A stretch of DNA of 45,978 nt, filler included, from Jimgerdemannia flammicorona (Eukaryota), in the NCBI GenBank assembly GCA_003990765.1. It is 2 parts of 2 records of this genome, joined end to end, with 100 filler letters (N's around TTAATTAATTAA, not from the genome) between each part and the next. Parts side by side here need not be neighbours in the genome. Positions count along the whole stretch, not along the records: positions 1 to 22,940 come from RBNJ01001180.1; 1 more part is not named here. One strand, written 5' to 3'. Below the pieces are notes generated by a model. That model had not been told where the DNA came from. It saw nothing but the letters and a program-made list of their open reading frames with translations, and ran no database searches. Positions 1 through 12,955 of the stretch are shown here, in pieces (position 1 is the first letter of the stretch; every line of letters begins with the position of its first letter). A program made the translations under genes and the position numbers.

Positions 1-2260
1 TTTTTAACAGACTTAATGTCCCACAGATTTTTATTGGAAGGGAACCTAGACTATATAGGCCAAAACCCTCCCCCACCACTCATCAAGCACTGCCCCCCCA
101 TTAATCTAGGCTAGCTATTGTCCAGTAGCTCAACCATGCCAGGTACAGCAGGACCTATGGTAGCCTGCACTTCATTCTGCATACCATGCTCTTCCTACTA
201 CCAGGGGAAACCCAACCATATGCCAATGACCAAAAGTATATGCCTGAGAACCCAATGTATGTACAAGGCCATGCTTGAGCTAAATAGAATAGCCCCTGCT
301 ATCTCAAAGAGAATGACAGATAAAGAAAAACCCTCATCAAAGTACAATATGGTGGGTAGGGCCTAGTTCTCTCAGTTGAGGTGAGTAAAGGACTTATATG
401 TAAGGCAGGAGGAGACCCCCAATACCCCACTACTCAAGCCTGCAGGCCTCAATCACATTGCCATATCAGCTCTCAGTTCCAGTTGAGTGCAGCCAAGACA
501 CCTGAAATGGGTAGCCTTGGGCCCCCTAACCCCCCCTGATGACCGGGGCCTAACCTGCCAACTTGCTAAAAGAAGCCAAGAGTGTCACCTACTACCTAAC
601 TATGCTGCACTAATCAAAAGGCCCCACTGAAGCAGCACCTGCCCCAGCCCTGATGACTGCCCCAGCCTGGTACCCTACTGGTTCACCATTATCGCCCATC
701 CTCCTATCTGTGACAGCCATCTTCCCTCCCATCCTGACAATACCTGAAAAGCAGTCACCTATACCAGAACTATGCTTGCCGGGAAGCTCACCAATGTTAG
801 AGGGCCCCACCATAGATACTGTAAGAGGGTTACTTTTTAGGGTAACCATTACGTAATTCTGGAAAGGTTTTCTGGATATTCTGGATGTTCTGGAAGACTG
901 TTTTCTTATGGTCAAGATCAATTTCATATGGAGTATGTCCTCTATGCTTATTGATTTCAAGATCGGGTTGACATCTCAACCAAAGTCCTTTTTTTGGACT
1001 AGTTCTAGATGTTCAGGATTTTCTATATTTCAGGAAGTTCAAGAAACTAAGACCAGCTTAGTTGAATTGGCATATCGCTGCAGGCAATACCCAATTAGAA
1101 AATTCGTGACGGAGTTGATGTCCTTCATGGCATATCCAACTTGGGGCATTTGCAGGATGTGATCATTGGGGTGTGGGAAGGTTCTGTCTGTGGTTTCAAT
1201 GTACTCGAGGTACTTGTGGTTGAGTTCTTGTATCATGTCATTGATTTGGCTGTAGGACAGGGTAGCAACCATTTCACTGGTAGTAACTCGAAGGCAGGGA
1301 ATAAAGGTGCTGTACTTATAGAAGAGTTCTCGATGTTTGCGGGCGATGAGCTTCTGGTGTTGAGACATCTGGGTAATGTCCATATCGTGATGGTGTTCAA
1401 CCATGTCTTCCAGGAGGCAGCCGATCTGGTAGTAGCTTGAGATTTGTCCGATTTGGTGGGCCTTGCTAAGCATATTCAGAGCATTCCATCAGGCTTCTAT
1501 GAAGTAGAGGGGTGCTAGGCTATGGATATTCATGAGGGGCAGAGGGAGTATAGCTCAGTTGACAATGGCATTCCAAATGTCAGCATGGATGCAGTTGTAG
1601 ATCTCAGTGGTCATGTTTGTGTGTTTGGAAGTTATGGTTGTTGTTTGTTTTGGTTCTCTGATTCAATGCGTCTCGGTGCTCGGTATATATGTATTTGGTC
1701 CTGATTAGTAAGATCTCATTTGTGTAAATCTTGTGTTCTGTGACTTCATATTGACTCAGCTTGCATACTGTGACTTCAGTTTGACTCAGCTTCGTGATCA
1801 AGCAGGTGATTTCCAGATTTATTCAGAGGTCACATGTGATTTCAGTGGCTTGTTCAGAGGGTGACATATAATTTCGGTGGCTTGGAGGTTGTGCGCTTAC
1901 AGATACCAAGAACCTGCAGGTAACCTATATTAAGCACTTGATGCCCAAGGTCAGCTGACTCCCTATGTAGCCTGATATACACTGAGATACTACCTTGTTG
2001 GCAACAGCAAAAGGAAGAAGGCACCACACCAAAACAGATATACTCTAGATGCAGCTGAAGGCACCAGAAACTGTAAAAAAGTGGAGAAGACACTGATCTG
2101 ATACTGATAAAGGGGCAACTCATCACCATTGCCTCTCTCCCTCTGCCCTGCAATAGGTATAGCAAACCATCCTAAGGTAGAGGGGGTAATAATTGTGGAA
2201 AGTGGACTCAGAAGGTTGCCTACCAAACCATTGTGACTGGTAAGGTAGCAGAGAAAGGAG
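1..2260 (-). mobile_element. Non-autonomous poly(A)-tailed retroelement (~1.2 kb, SINE-like), copy 1, interrupted by a solo LTR at 820-1901
   Basis: 1-819 plus 1902-2260 is the reverse complement of 28112-29700 minus its MITE. The window begins in its poly(T). It has the same 5' end (CTC(C)TTTCTCTGCTACC) as copy 2 and abuts gypsy-B gag sequence at 2261. Confidence 0.85.
820..1901 (-). mobile_element. Solo LTR of Ty3/gypsy family A with a ~1 kb internal deletion
   Basis: Termini TGTAAG...CTTACA; perfect 5-bp TSD GATAC (815-819 and 1902-1906). Colinear with 41910-43973 except for a deletion at ~1117. The empty site is visible in copy 2 near 28465. Confidence 0.95.
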
Positions 2261-3010
2261 CATCTGACAGCAGTCACTATCAAGCCTCAGAAGCCCAACA
2301 CTTTTGATGGTCAAAGAGGAGGACTGTCTACCAACACCTGGCTTTTCCAATTGGAGCAATATGGAGAACTGACCAATTTGGAAGAAGCAATACTAGTCCA
2401 ATTTGCTGCCACACTCCTCTGAGGGAATGCTGCAATCTGGTGGTGAAATCATATCTAGAATACCAGATTCTCTGGCTGAATCAAGACCTGGGGTGAATTC
2501 TCTGATGCTATTCAAGGCCAATTCAAACCAGTCAACAGCACCAAGGCCATGCAAGACCATCTGGTAAATGTCAAACAACTCAAGTCTGTGCAAGCATACA
2601 ATGTACAATTCCTATCAATCCTGCTAGAATTACTATATGTCACTGAAGACAAGAAGGTCAATAAGTACATCTGAGGCCTGAAAGGTCAAACCTGAGTTTG
2701 TGTTGAACTAGAAGAACCCAAGAACCTAGATACAGCAATGAAAATTGCTGATAGATTTGATATCATCACCTATGGTCACTGCTTTGAATAGAAGAGATCA
2801 CCTTTCAACAACAACAACAACCACAGAAGAGAGGAACCCAAAGTCAGAACTGTTGGACCTGCCCCTATGGACCTAGATACCATCGACAAGAACAAGAAAG
2901 GCTAGCTTACACCTGAGGAAAAAGAGTGCCTCAAGAAGGCTAGAGTCTGCTTCTTTTGCCATCAGCCTGGTCACATTGCAACCAAATGTCCCAAGAAAAC
3001 TACTGAATCA
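2261..3010 (+). pseudogene. gag: gag of family B (capsid region, PMDLD motif, CCHC zinc knuckle)
   Basis: KPQKPNTFDG...AAIWW...GPAPMDLD...CFFCHQPGHIATKC (2948-2989), with in-frame stops. Confidence 0.9.
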
Positions 3011-3059
3011 AAGAGGATTCTGGTCCTGTCCAAAGACACCCAAGGTCAACCAGTTGAAC

Positions 3060-3485
3060 AAGAAGTGGTACTCAATTTTATGTGAGTCAACCCCAAGGCC
3101 CAGATCTCTCAAGCACAGTCAGAAGGAGCCATTGGTTTGGACCTTCAAGCAGTACAACAAGTCACTATTCCTGTACATAAAAGAAGGCTCATTCCAACTG
3201 GCCTTTTAGTCGAAATCCCCAAGAAATATTATGTAAGAATTACACCAAGATCTGGCCTCAGCTTCAAGCACTCATTGGATATTAGTGCTAAAGTCATTGA
3301 CCCTAACTTTTAAGGTGAAATGCAAGTCCTGCTAGTCAACCACAAGAACCAACCATACACTGTCAATGAAGGAGACAGAATTGCACAGCTCATTCTGGAG
3401 CAAGCCACCCTATCAGTTATCAAAGAAATCACTAAGCTGTCTTCAATCAAGCGAGATCAGCAAGGCTTTGGCAGTACTGACAAAG
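3060..3485 (+). pseudogene. dut: dUTPase domain of family B
   Basis: All five trimeric dUTPase motifs in order: GLDL, PRSG, VIDPNF*GE, GDRIAQL, RDQQGFGST. Same frame as gag and protease. Confidence 0.92.
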
Positions 3486-3517
3486 TTACAAGTATAGCTG
3501 AGAACTGAGCCAATTCA

Positions 3518-6500
3518 ATGCTCATCTTCAAAGGTCTAGTCAAGGGACAAGAGCTAGATGTTCTCATAGACAGTGGAGCTGTTGGGAACTTCATCAATAA
3601 GAACTTCATTGATAAGCTCAAGATTCTCACCAAACCAGCTAGTAAGAATGGTGGAGTTGTCACTACAGATGGCACCACCTTACCAATTGACTCAATTGCT
3701 ACTAAACTTCCCCTCAAGATCCAGAAGTACTGGGAACATTTAGATTTCAAGGTAGCACCACTAAGAGACCATGACCTGATCCTAGGCAAACCCTGGCTTA
3801 CATGGCACAACCCTCAGATTGATTGGACCAAGAATGAAGTCACCTTGATTCAGGATAGAGCCAACATTACCATCAAATCAGACAAGACTCAGACAAGAAT
3901 CCCAATTGCTACCCTTTCAGCAATTCAGTTCAAGAAGACCCTCAAGAAAGCTATCTATGCCTTTGTGGTACTAATCTGACCAAAGAAAGAAGACAAGAAG
4001 CTATTAATTAGTGAAAGTGTCAAGTTACTACTGAATAAGTACAAGGATGTCTTCCCAGACAAACTACCTGGTCTACCACCTTCAAGAGACCATGACCACA
4101 AAATCAAGTTGGTACCTGATGTAGCTATACCTAAGAAGAAAATATACTGCATATCTCTACTCGAAATTGAAGTAGTCAAGAAGGAACTCAATGAACTCAT
4201 TGAGTGAGGAGCCATCCAACCAAGCAAGTCACCCTTTGGCTCCCCAGTCCTATTTGTCAAGAAAAAGGATGATACTCTGTGAATGTGTATAAACTACCAT
4301 GCACTCAACAAGATCACAGTCAAGAACCATTATCCGCTACCACTCATAAATCAAATCTTTGATGCTCTCAAGAATGCAAAATACTTCACCAAGATTGATC
4401 TCACCTCTGGGTATCACCAAATTTGAATCAAGCCAGAAGACATACTCAAGACTGCCTTCATGACACTCTTTGGACTCTATGAATTCCTAGTCATGGCCTT
4501 TGGTCTCACCAATATGCCAGCAACCTTTCAAGATCTCATGCAAACTATCTTCAAGGATCAGCTCTATATCTTTGTACTTGTATATATTGATGACATCCTG
4601 ATCTTCAGTAGCACTGAAGAAGAACACCTCAAGCATATTGAACAAGTCCTCAAGATTCTCCGTGAGAACAAGCTCTATGCAAAGCTCAAGAAATGTGAAT
4701 TTTTTAAGGATCAAGTTGAATATCTTGGACACATTATATCAGCCAAAGGAATTCAAGTAGACCCAAGGAAAATATAAGCCATTGAACAGTGGTCTGTACC
4801 AGCAAACCTCACTGAACTCAGGTCCTTCCTTGGTCTGACTAGATACTGCCATTGATTTGTCAAGAACTTCTCTGGCATCACAGAATTCTTAACAAATCTC
4901 CTGTGAAAGGAACCCAACTCTGACCTCTATATCTCCTATATCTGAGATACTTTCTGTTAACAAGCTTTTCAAGAACTCAAGAACCACCTGACCCATACAC
5001 CTGTCCTTAGAAATATGGACCCAAACTTGAAGTTCATGGTTACTACAGATGTATCTAACTTTGCCATTGATGCAGTCATTTCTCAAGATGATGGTCAAGG
5101 ACACTGACCTATTGCCTTTGAGTCAAGAAAATTGTCCACAGCAGAACAAAAGCTGGCTACTCATGAAAAGGAACTCCTGGCAATCATGCATGCCCTCAAG
5201 ACCTAGTGATACTATCTAGAAGGAGTTGAATTTGACATGATCACTAATTACAGGTCTCTTCAATATATCAACACTCAACCAACCCTTTCTTGCCAACAAG
5301 CTAAGTGGAGTCAACTACTTCAGACCTTTACCCCAAACATCATCTACAAGCCTGGCAAAACTCTAGTTGTACCAGATGTACTTTCAAGAAGACCTGACCT
5401 TGCCATAATTTTACAAGTCACTGTGGCACCTGAATTCCTCAATCAGATCAAGAAGGCATACAAACAAGATTCTCTGGTTCTACAAAGGAATACCAAGGAA
5501 TTCAAGAAAAAGTACACCATTAAGGACAACCTCATGTACTATTAAGACAAAGTATATATTCTTACCAACCCTGAACTATGGTACAAGATTCTTCATAAAC
5601 ATCATGACTCCCCACTAGCTGGTCACCTTGGAACTGAGAAGGCCATCAAGAATATCCAACAAGACTACTACTGGCCAAACATGCTCAAGGAAATCAAGGA
5701 GTATGTCCAAAGCTGCAATCTTTGCCAAAGAAACAAGTCAAGCAACCAAGTACCTACCAGTCTTCTACAACTCTTGTCAATTCTGACCAAGAAGTTCAAA
5801 TAAGTCACAATGGACTTCATTGTACAACTTCCACGAACCAAAACAGGCTATGATGCTATTGTTGTATTTGTGGACCATCTCACCAAAATTACAATTGCTG
5901 AGCCAACCACAACCAATGCTACTGCTCCAGAAATTGCAAGAATCTTCTTCAAGACTGTCTTCTACCATTATGGACTTCCCCAAGTAATTATCAGTGACCA
6001 CAACCCCAAGTTCACAAGTCACTTCTGGCAAGCACTCTTCAAGACTCTTAGAACCCAAATTACAATATCCACTGCCTTCTACCCTCAAACTAATGGACAG
6101 ACAGAGCAAATGAACAGAATACTTGAATAAATGCTCAGAAACTATATGTCTTATGAGCAAGATGATGGGGACCACTATCTGACCTATGCTGAGTTTGCCT
6201 ACAACAACTTTAAAAAAAAAAAAAGAGTTTGCCTACAATAACACCAACCAATCATCAACTAGTCTTTCCCCATTTCAGCTACTTCATGGTCAAAACCCCG
6301 AGACCTCTGTGAGCCTAGTCCAATTCCTGCAATCCAGTCACACACAAGTCCCCACAGCCCAGAACCTTATTGACAAAATGGATTCCCTTCTCAAGATTGC
6401 CACTATGAACTTGCAAAAGGCTCAGCAACATCAAGCTAAGTATGCAGATAAGAAGTAGCAAGATGTCATATACAACATTGGTGATATGGTTCTACTCAAA

Positions 6501-6900
6501 GCTGATAACATCAAGGCTCAATCTTAAGTCAACTGCCAGTCAGCCAAATTCCAGCCCAAGTACCTTGGACCCTTCGAGATCACTGAGCAAGTCTCCACCT
6601 GGTCTTATTATCTCAACTTGCCAACAACCATGTATATTTACCCAGTATTCCATATGTCACAACTCAAGGCCTAGAACCAGTCACCCCTATACCCTAGCTG
6701 AATTCTGACACCATCAGCACCAGTCATAGTTGAAGACTACATCAAGTATGAAGTTGAGAAAATCTTAGACAAATGAGTCTGATACCATCACACAGAATAC
6801 CTAGTCAAGTGGATGGGTTACTCTGAATATGACACTATCTGGGAACCTGCTGCCAATCTCAAGAACTCCCAAGACCTCATCCAAGAGTTTGAGCAAAAAG
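3518..6900 (+). pseudogene. pol: pol of family B: aspartic protease, RT, RNase H, integrase, chromodomain
   Basis: LIDSGA; MAFGLTN and YIDD; TTDVSNFAI (RNase H); HHCC, MDFIVQLP and TNGQTEQMN (integrase); GPF; YEVEKIL...YLVKWMGY...TIWEP (chromodomain, ~6745-6895). Many stops. Confidence 0.95.
6191..6242 (+). mobile_element. Minimal retrotransposition scar: TTT+A13 flanked by an 18-bp TSD
   Basis: GAGTTTGCCTACAACAAC (6191-6208), insert 6209-6224, GAGTTTGCCTACAATAAC (6225-6242). It frameshifts integrase. Confidence 0.85.
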
Positions 6901-7224
6901 GAACTCATTGACTGCCTGTGAGATTCTCCTCTTGGATAGTAGATGACCTACTGTACTGATCAGGCATATTATATATCAGGGCTCTCTAAGGGATATAGCA
7001 TCAGAAATAAGAGATATAGGAAAACCCTATCAATTTTGCAACCAATGAGGTTCAAACCAGTTCTCATCTGATCAAGATGATACTTTGGCCCTCACCTTAT
7101 ATAAGGATGGCCAATTCTTATCAATGAGTTGATACATTTAATTTGAAGTTTCTTTTAGCCTTATTGTTTGTTATATATAACTTTAAGAATTCAACAAGAA
7201 TATTGATTCTTAAGGAAGGGGAGA

Positions 7225-7628
7225 TGTAATATTTTAGTATAGTTTATTTCTTTTCTTTGTCTTTCTTCAATATTCTATGATCTTTCAGTACTTTTTAAAT
7301 ACTTAGAAATCCTTTCTTAGTGCCGAGCATCCTCTAGTACTTATTTAGCTAGTCACTGAATATCCTGGAAACTTGTAGAACTTTATTTGTCATCATTTGT
7401 CATCTTTGCTGAGAACTTTTCTCTTGGCATTTTCCTTTGATTTCTCAGATCCTTCTGGATCCTTCTTTCAGATCTTGTATAAATATCTCCTTTGTTCTCA
7501 TGAATAAAGTCTCAGAATATTTTCTCTCAGAAATCCTTCAAGAATACTTGAGTCCTTAAGTATCTCTTCGAGCTACTTAGAACTACCAGAACTAGTTGCT
7601 TCCTCATTTAGAAACTAGAACCATTACA
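7225..7628 (+). repeat. 3' LTR of family B (404 bp)
   Basis: TGTAAT...ATTACA immediately after the PPT; TATAAATA at ~7478; AATAAA at ~7503. Confidence 0.88.
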
Positions 7629-10600
7629 TATAGGGTACTTCTTGACATAGGAATATTTTTACTTAGCTGAAGGGATTGGAGGCCAATCTCTTCCTCTTGC
7701 AGGATGTCAGATATGAGGATGATTTAGATAGACTGGAATGGACAAAGGAATGGAGAGGTGAGGCAGTTTGGAAGAGCAAGGTTGGGATTTTAGTCCAGAA
7801 AGGCAGAGGAGAGATACAGAATATGAGGAGCTGGGGAGATAGATTGGTCAGGGAGAGTGAATACATACAGGTTGGGAGTCAGTCACAGTGGGCTCCTGTT
7901 ACTGTTCTGCTGTACAGAGTGAGCATGTAGATTGGGTAAAGGGTCTCCAGGAGAGTGGGGTTCTTGCAGAGACTGGGGTGGATGTATTTGGTGGAGACTT
8001 CAATATGGTCCAGGACATATAGATGGATAGAACAGATGGTGGACAGAGAGCTGAGAGTAGGAGTAGAGGGCTGGCAGCATGAGAGGATGTAGAAAGGCTA
8101 AGTACTCTGGTAAATACTGGTAGGGAGTATTGGGGGGATAGAAGGATATACATGCACTGAGCAGGGGGCCTGGGGACAAGGATTGACTGGATATTGACAG
8201 CTAGCTGCTGGGGATTGGATGTTTGAAAGTCACTGGAGGTAAAATGGTGTCCTTGGTCAGATCATTGAGGGCTGTTAGAGCAGAGATATTTTGGGGGGAG
8301 TGGGGATGGGCCTGGACATTGGTACCTCAATTCCTCTTTATTAAATAATAGGATCCAGTAGGATGAGTAGGCTGAAGACATTCAACTGAGGATAGAGAGC
8401 TGGAGACAGAAAGGTACTCCAGTTGGTGTTTGGTGGATGAGAATAAAAGAGATGGCCAGGGTCTACTAGAGTGAGACTGGCAGGAAGGTTGGAAAGCAGA
8501 GAAGGTAACAGATGAGATGGACTTTGGTTAGACTGACTAAACTCTTGGAGTATTAGGCAGGACTAGTGATGGTAGAGGGGAGAGAGGATTGGAGACTAAT
8601 AAGGGCAAAAATAGAAGTTAGAGAATTTCAACATGCTGCAGGATGAGGAGGAGGCAAGAGTGCAGAGCTTAGCAGCATGGCTTTATTGACAGGATTTGGA
8701 GGAAGGAGAGAGGCCCTCTAAGTATCTCACAAGGGCCCTTCAGGTGAGAAGGATATAGCAAAGGTGGGAGGGGGTGCTTGACTCTGATGGAATGCTGGTA
8801 TATAGTATATAGAATATTCTTGGTTCATTAAAGGAGTAATAGAGTAGATTATAGAGTGAGAAGGAGGATGGGGCAGATGCTGCTGACATTGACTAGGCAT
8901 TGGAGGATTGGCACCCTCCATGAGTGGATGGGCTGGGTGACTTGGTATTGCCAGTATGAGAGGAAACGATCCACCAGGTTCTTGCTGCAACAACCCTGGA
9001 TATGGCATCTGGGGAGAATGGTCTGCCCCGAGAATTCTGGAAGAAGATGATGAGAGTCTCAGGAGTACTGGGTGAGATGACAGTATTATGTAACTTTATA
9101 TTATAGACAGGGAGATGGGTGGGGGAGCAGGATCTGGGGCTGGTGACATTGCTTTACAAGAACAAAGGAAGGTGAGAGGACTGGAAGAACTGGCAGCCAA
9201 TTATACTACTAGACATGAACAGAAAGTTGGTGACTAAGATAGTAGTTGCAAGGCTACAGAAGGTGGCCCAGTAAGTCTTGAGTGTTGAGCAGAGGGGCTT
9301 TATAGGAGGCTGGCTCATTAGAGATGGCACAGCCTGAGTATATGGAGTTATTGAAGGGATACAAGCTTGTGGACTGGATGGATGACTGGTCTTCTTGGAC
9401 CAGGAGAAGGCTTATGACTGGGTGTAGTGAGTCTGGCTGGTGAAAGTATTGGATAAGACTGGGGTACCACACCAGTTCTGGTCAGCAATGATCAGCCTAC
9501 TGGAAGGGAGTAGGGCTGCACTCATATGTAATGGATATAGAGAGGTATTATTTCCCCTGGGTAGGGGTGTACCCCAGGGGGACCTACTATCTCCCATTCT
9601 ATATACTCTTTCTCTAGAGCCCCTAATGGATAGAATCAGACAGAAGATAGTAGGGCTCTCTGTCTTTGGAATTGGGTGGAAAGTAGGGGCCTTTGCTGAT
9701 GATATGGTAGTTGGCCTAGGGTCTATTGCTGATATTGAGGAGTTCAAGGAGATGGTGGAGTAATATAAGGAGAACTCTAGAGCTAAAATTAATTGGTACA
9801 AGTATAAAACAATGGTATTGGGTAATGACCTAATAGGAGGGGATGTTATTGGAACAATTGTCCCTACTGGCAAGACAGTATGGTACTTGGGTATTTATTT
9901 ATCAGTATATGGGTCAGTACTACCTAGACTTTGGTGGGAGCAGAGGGTTTAGAACCTGGGGGGAGGCCCTGCAGAGCTGGGGGGGTCACCACTTATCTCT
10001 AGTAAGGTATATCTCAATTTTGAATGTCTATTGGCTGCTGAAGTTATGGTATCTGGTATATCATCTGGACTTCTCAGCCTAGGTAGTGAAGCAATTGATG
10101 AAGCTGGCCAAGGGGTGGATCTGGGCTAGAAAAAGGAGTCAGATCAGTTGAGAGATCTTATCCTTACTGGTGGCAAGAGGAGGGCTTGGGCTGGTCAACT
10201 TTCCAAAGAGACTACACTGCTTGAGAGCATGGTGATTAAAGAGAGCAGTAGAGTTGAGAGGGAGTAGTTGGGTCTCCCTATTGCAGAAGGTCTAAAAGAT
10301 GAGGTTCTCACCAAGAGGCTCAGCAAGAGATCTCTTATCATTAGTTGGGCTTCAAAATACTGCACAACTGTAGTACAAAGGCTTCTGGTGGAGAGTAGCA
10401 GAGGAAGTACACTATATTGAAATTCATTGATAGGGTAATGAAGGAGAGATGGCTTGGGACCCAGCAATGTGAAGATGGGACTGAGTGCTGCTGGGAGGTA
10501 TTCCCTTAATTGAGTTTGACATTAGCAAAGGGATAGATTGCCAAAGGGGACAATGCCAGGATCTGTGGTCTAGCAGATGATAGAGAGTAGATATTGGAGA

Positions 10601-11300
10601 AGATTGGAACTAGTATAGCATATGGGCCTAGAGTATCAAGGTGAGAAGGTGGATATTGCCAAAGTACTAGGTGGTTTAGTAGCACATGCTGAGGAAGAAT
10701 ATAATGCTCAATTTCTGCTTGGGTCACCTTATCAAGAGAGATGCTTTGACTGTGAAGAGTGCCACAATGTAGGGCAGAAAGGGAGATATATGCAGACATC
10801 TAAACATTGGCTAGGAGAGTGTGAGGTACTTAGTGACTTCTGGTGAGCTATTGGGAATCATTTGGAGGTAGTGTGTAGGGGAGATGGTACATGGGGTCAG
10901 TGGGAGGATTTGAGAAATAGACTGGTGGGGGGGGGGTGGAAAAGGAGTAGCTTACCTTAGACTGAGTTTTGGCAATATAGATAGGGCTAGATAGTCACTG
11001 GCTATTTGTTTTTAAAGATAGAAAGAGACTAGGCTTGGGGGACTAGTTGCTGCATTGGCATAGCCTTATAGAAGATGCCTTGACAGGCTGGTGGTTTTAT
11101 TGGAGGTTGCAGAGTGGTTGAAGGCATTGCTTAGTGGAGAAGATCTATAGGTAGAGTGGGGGGAGAGTGGGAGTAGTGGGTGAAAAGGTGGTCTTTATTT
11201 GTGATGATACAGAGAGAGGCTCTCCTATGGGTATTGGGTAGTGGAGGAGATACTGTAAACTTATTAATAGATTGGTAATAAATGGTAGAGTCTAAGTAAC

Positions 11301-11359
<59 letters not shown>
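7629..11359 (+). mobile_element. L1-like LINE copy 1 (ORF2 APE-RT, 3' UTR, poly(A)); 5' part displaced by gypsy B
   Basis: APE motifs LFLLQDV, GGDFN, RIDWIL, SDH; RT motifs GVPQGDLLSP and AFADD. Poly(A) at ~11304-11359. Colinear with 15796-19490. Confidence 0.92.
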
Positions 11360-11362
<3 letters not shown>

Positions 11363-12955
11363 GTATGTAAAGAGATATTTATAGAGAAGTATTCAGGAGT
11401 TGTGTTTGAATTATTCTTGCCTGAGTTTCTGAGGTCTAGGAGAGGGAGTATTTGTGCACTATCTGGACTATACTAAATATAGATATAGCACTTAGTACCT
11501 TATTAAGTTGAAATGCAGTTATATAGTATAAGTGTGAACTGATATATCAAGAGATCATCTGACTGCTGAGTTAGTATACAGTTATATCATATAAGGCTAA
11601 TTTAACTATACTAATAACTGCTAAGCTATCTATAGATTTAGATATTATCTGGGTAGTCTTTAATGACATTATCATCAATAATATTATCTCTGATGAAGTA
11701 GTTATCTAAGAAGAGTAATTCTTAGATTACTTCTCCCTATTCACTTAGATAATAATATATTGGGATCATATTATCATCTTACAGGATAGTATTATCTGTT
11801 TCATATATTAGATAAGATATCAGTAAGTGAAGAAGGGATACATTATCTTCACTTTCATCAGATTTTCTATCTGTATATCTTCTATAGATAATGATACTAT
11901 GAGTTGTAGGGTTGTAGTATAGTGGCAGCTGTGACTCATTTCATTTATACTCAGAAGGTGAGGTTGTTGGTTCAATCTCAAGAGTTATCTGGAGATATAG
12001 GTTATATTCTCTAGTCTTTTCATTGTAGTTGAAGTAGTTGAGTATAAATATAGATTGATACTTATACTAATGGTCATTATCTCAATAGATCTCATAGGTG
12101 GTTATAAACTGTTGTAAGTTCATTAGCAGAATTGGCAGAGTAATCAGAGCTGATAGGGATCCTTGGCTGAAGGTCATATCAGTATCAGAGAGATCATTAT
12201 CTTCTACTTCATTATTATTGAACTGGATTATATTATAAATATTCTTCATGATATATCTAACTTAGGGCATTTGTAGGATGTGGTCATCAGAGTGTGGGAA
12301 GGTTCTGTCTGTAGTTTGAATATACTTAATATACTTATGATTATCTTATACTATATTATTGATTTGGCCATAGGACAGAGTGGTAACTATTTTAGTAGCA
12401 GTAACTCAGAGGTAGGAAATAAAGGTGCTGTACTCATAAAAGGGTTCTTGGTGTTTATAAGTAATGAGTTTCTAGTATTGAGACATCTGAGTAATGTCTA
12501 TGTCATAGTGATATTCAACCATATCTTCCAGGAGGTAACCAATCTGGTAGTAGCTTGAGTTTTGTCCAATTCAGTGGACTTTACTGAGTATATTCAGGGT
12601 ATTCCATCAGGCTTTTGCAAAGTAGAGAGGTGCTAGGCTATGGATATTTATAAGGGACAGGAGAGGTGTGACTCAGTTGAATGATATTCCAAATGTCAGC
12701 ATAGATGTAGTTGTAGATCTCAGTAGTCATAGTTGTATTTATGTTTAAAAGTTATAGTTATTTATTTGATTTATTATAGTTCTTCATTTCGATATATCTG
12801 AGTACTTAGTATATATATATTTGGTCCTGATTAATAAGGTTACATTTGTGTAAATCTTGTATTCTATGACTTCAAGTTAATTTAGCTTTATGATATTGCA
12901 TATTTATTCTGAGAGTGATATGTAATTTTGGTAGCTTGGAGGTTATGTGCTTACA
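11360..12955 (-). mobile_element. Old, heavily mutated family A LTR (partial; interrupted by LINE copy 1)
   Basis: Colinear with ~42300-43973 and ends ...GTGCTTACA at 12955. Confidence 0.9.

Larger units (their letters stand above)
2261..7628 (+). mobile_element. Ty3/gypsy chromovirus family B (gag-dUTPase-PR-RT-RH-IN-chromodomain, PPT, 3' LTR), decayed; 5' part presumably left of the window
   Basis: All pol domains in gypsy order, PPT AAGGAAGGGGAGA at 7212-7224, then the LTR. Confidence 0.95.

Noticed and set aside
118..366. 82-aa ORF also seen at 29216-29563
   Set aside because: Antisense to the poly(A) element. The similarity only reflects two copies of one repeat, and no domain is recognisable.
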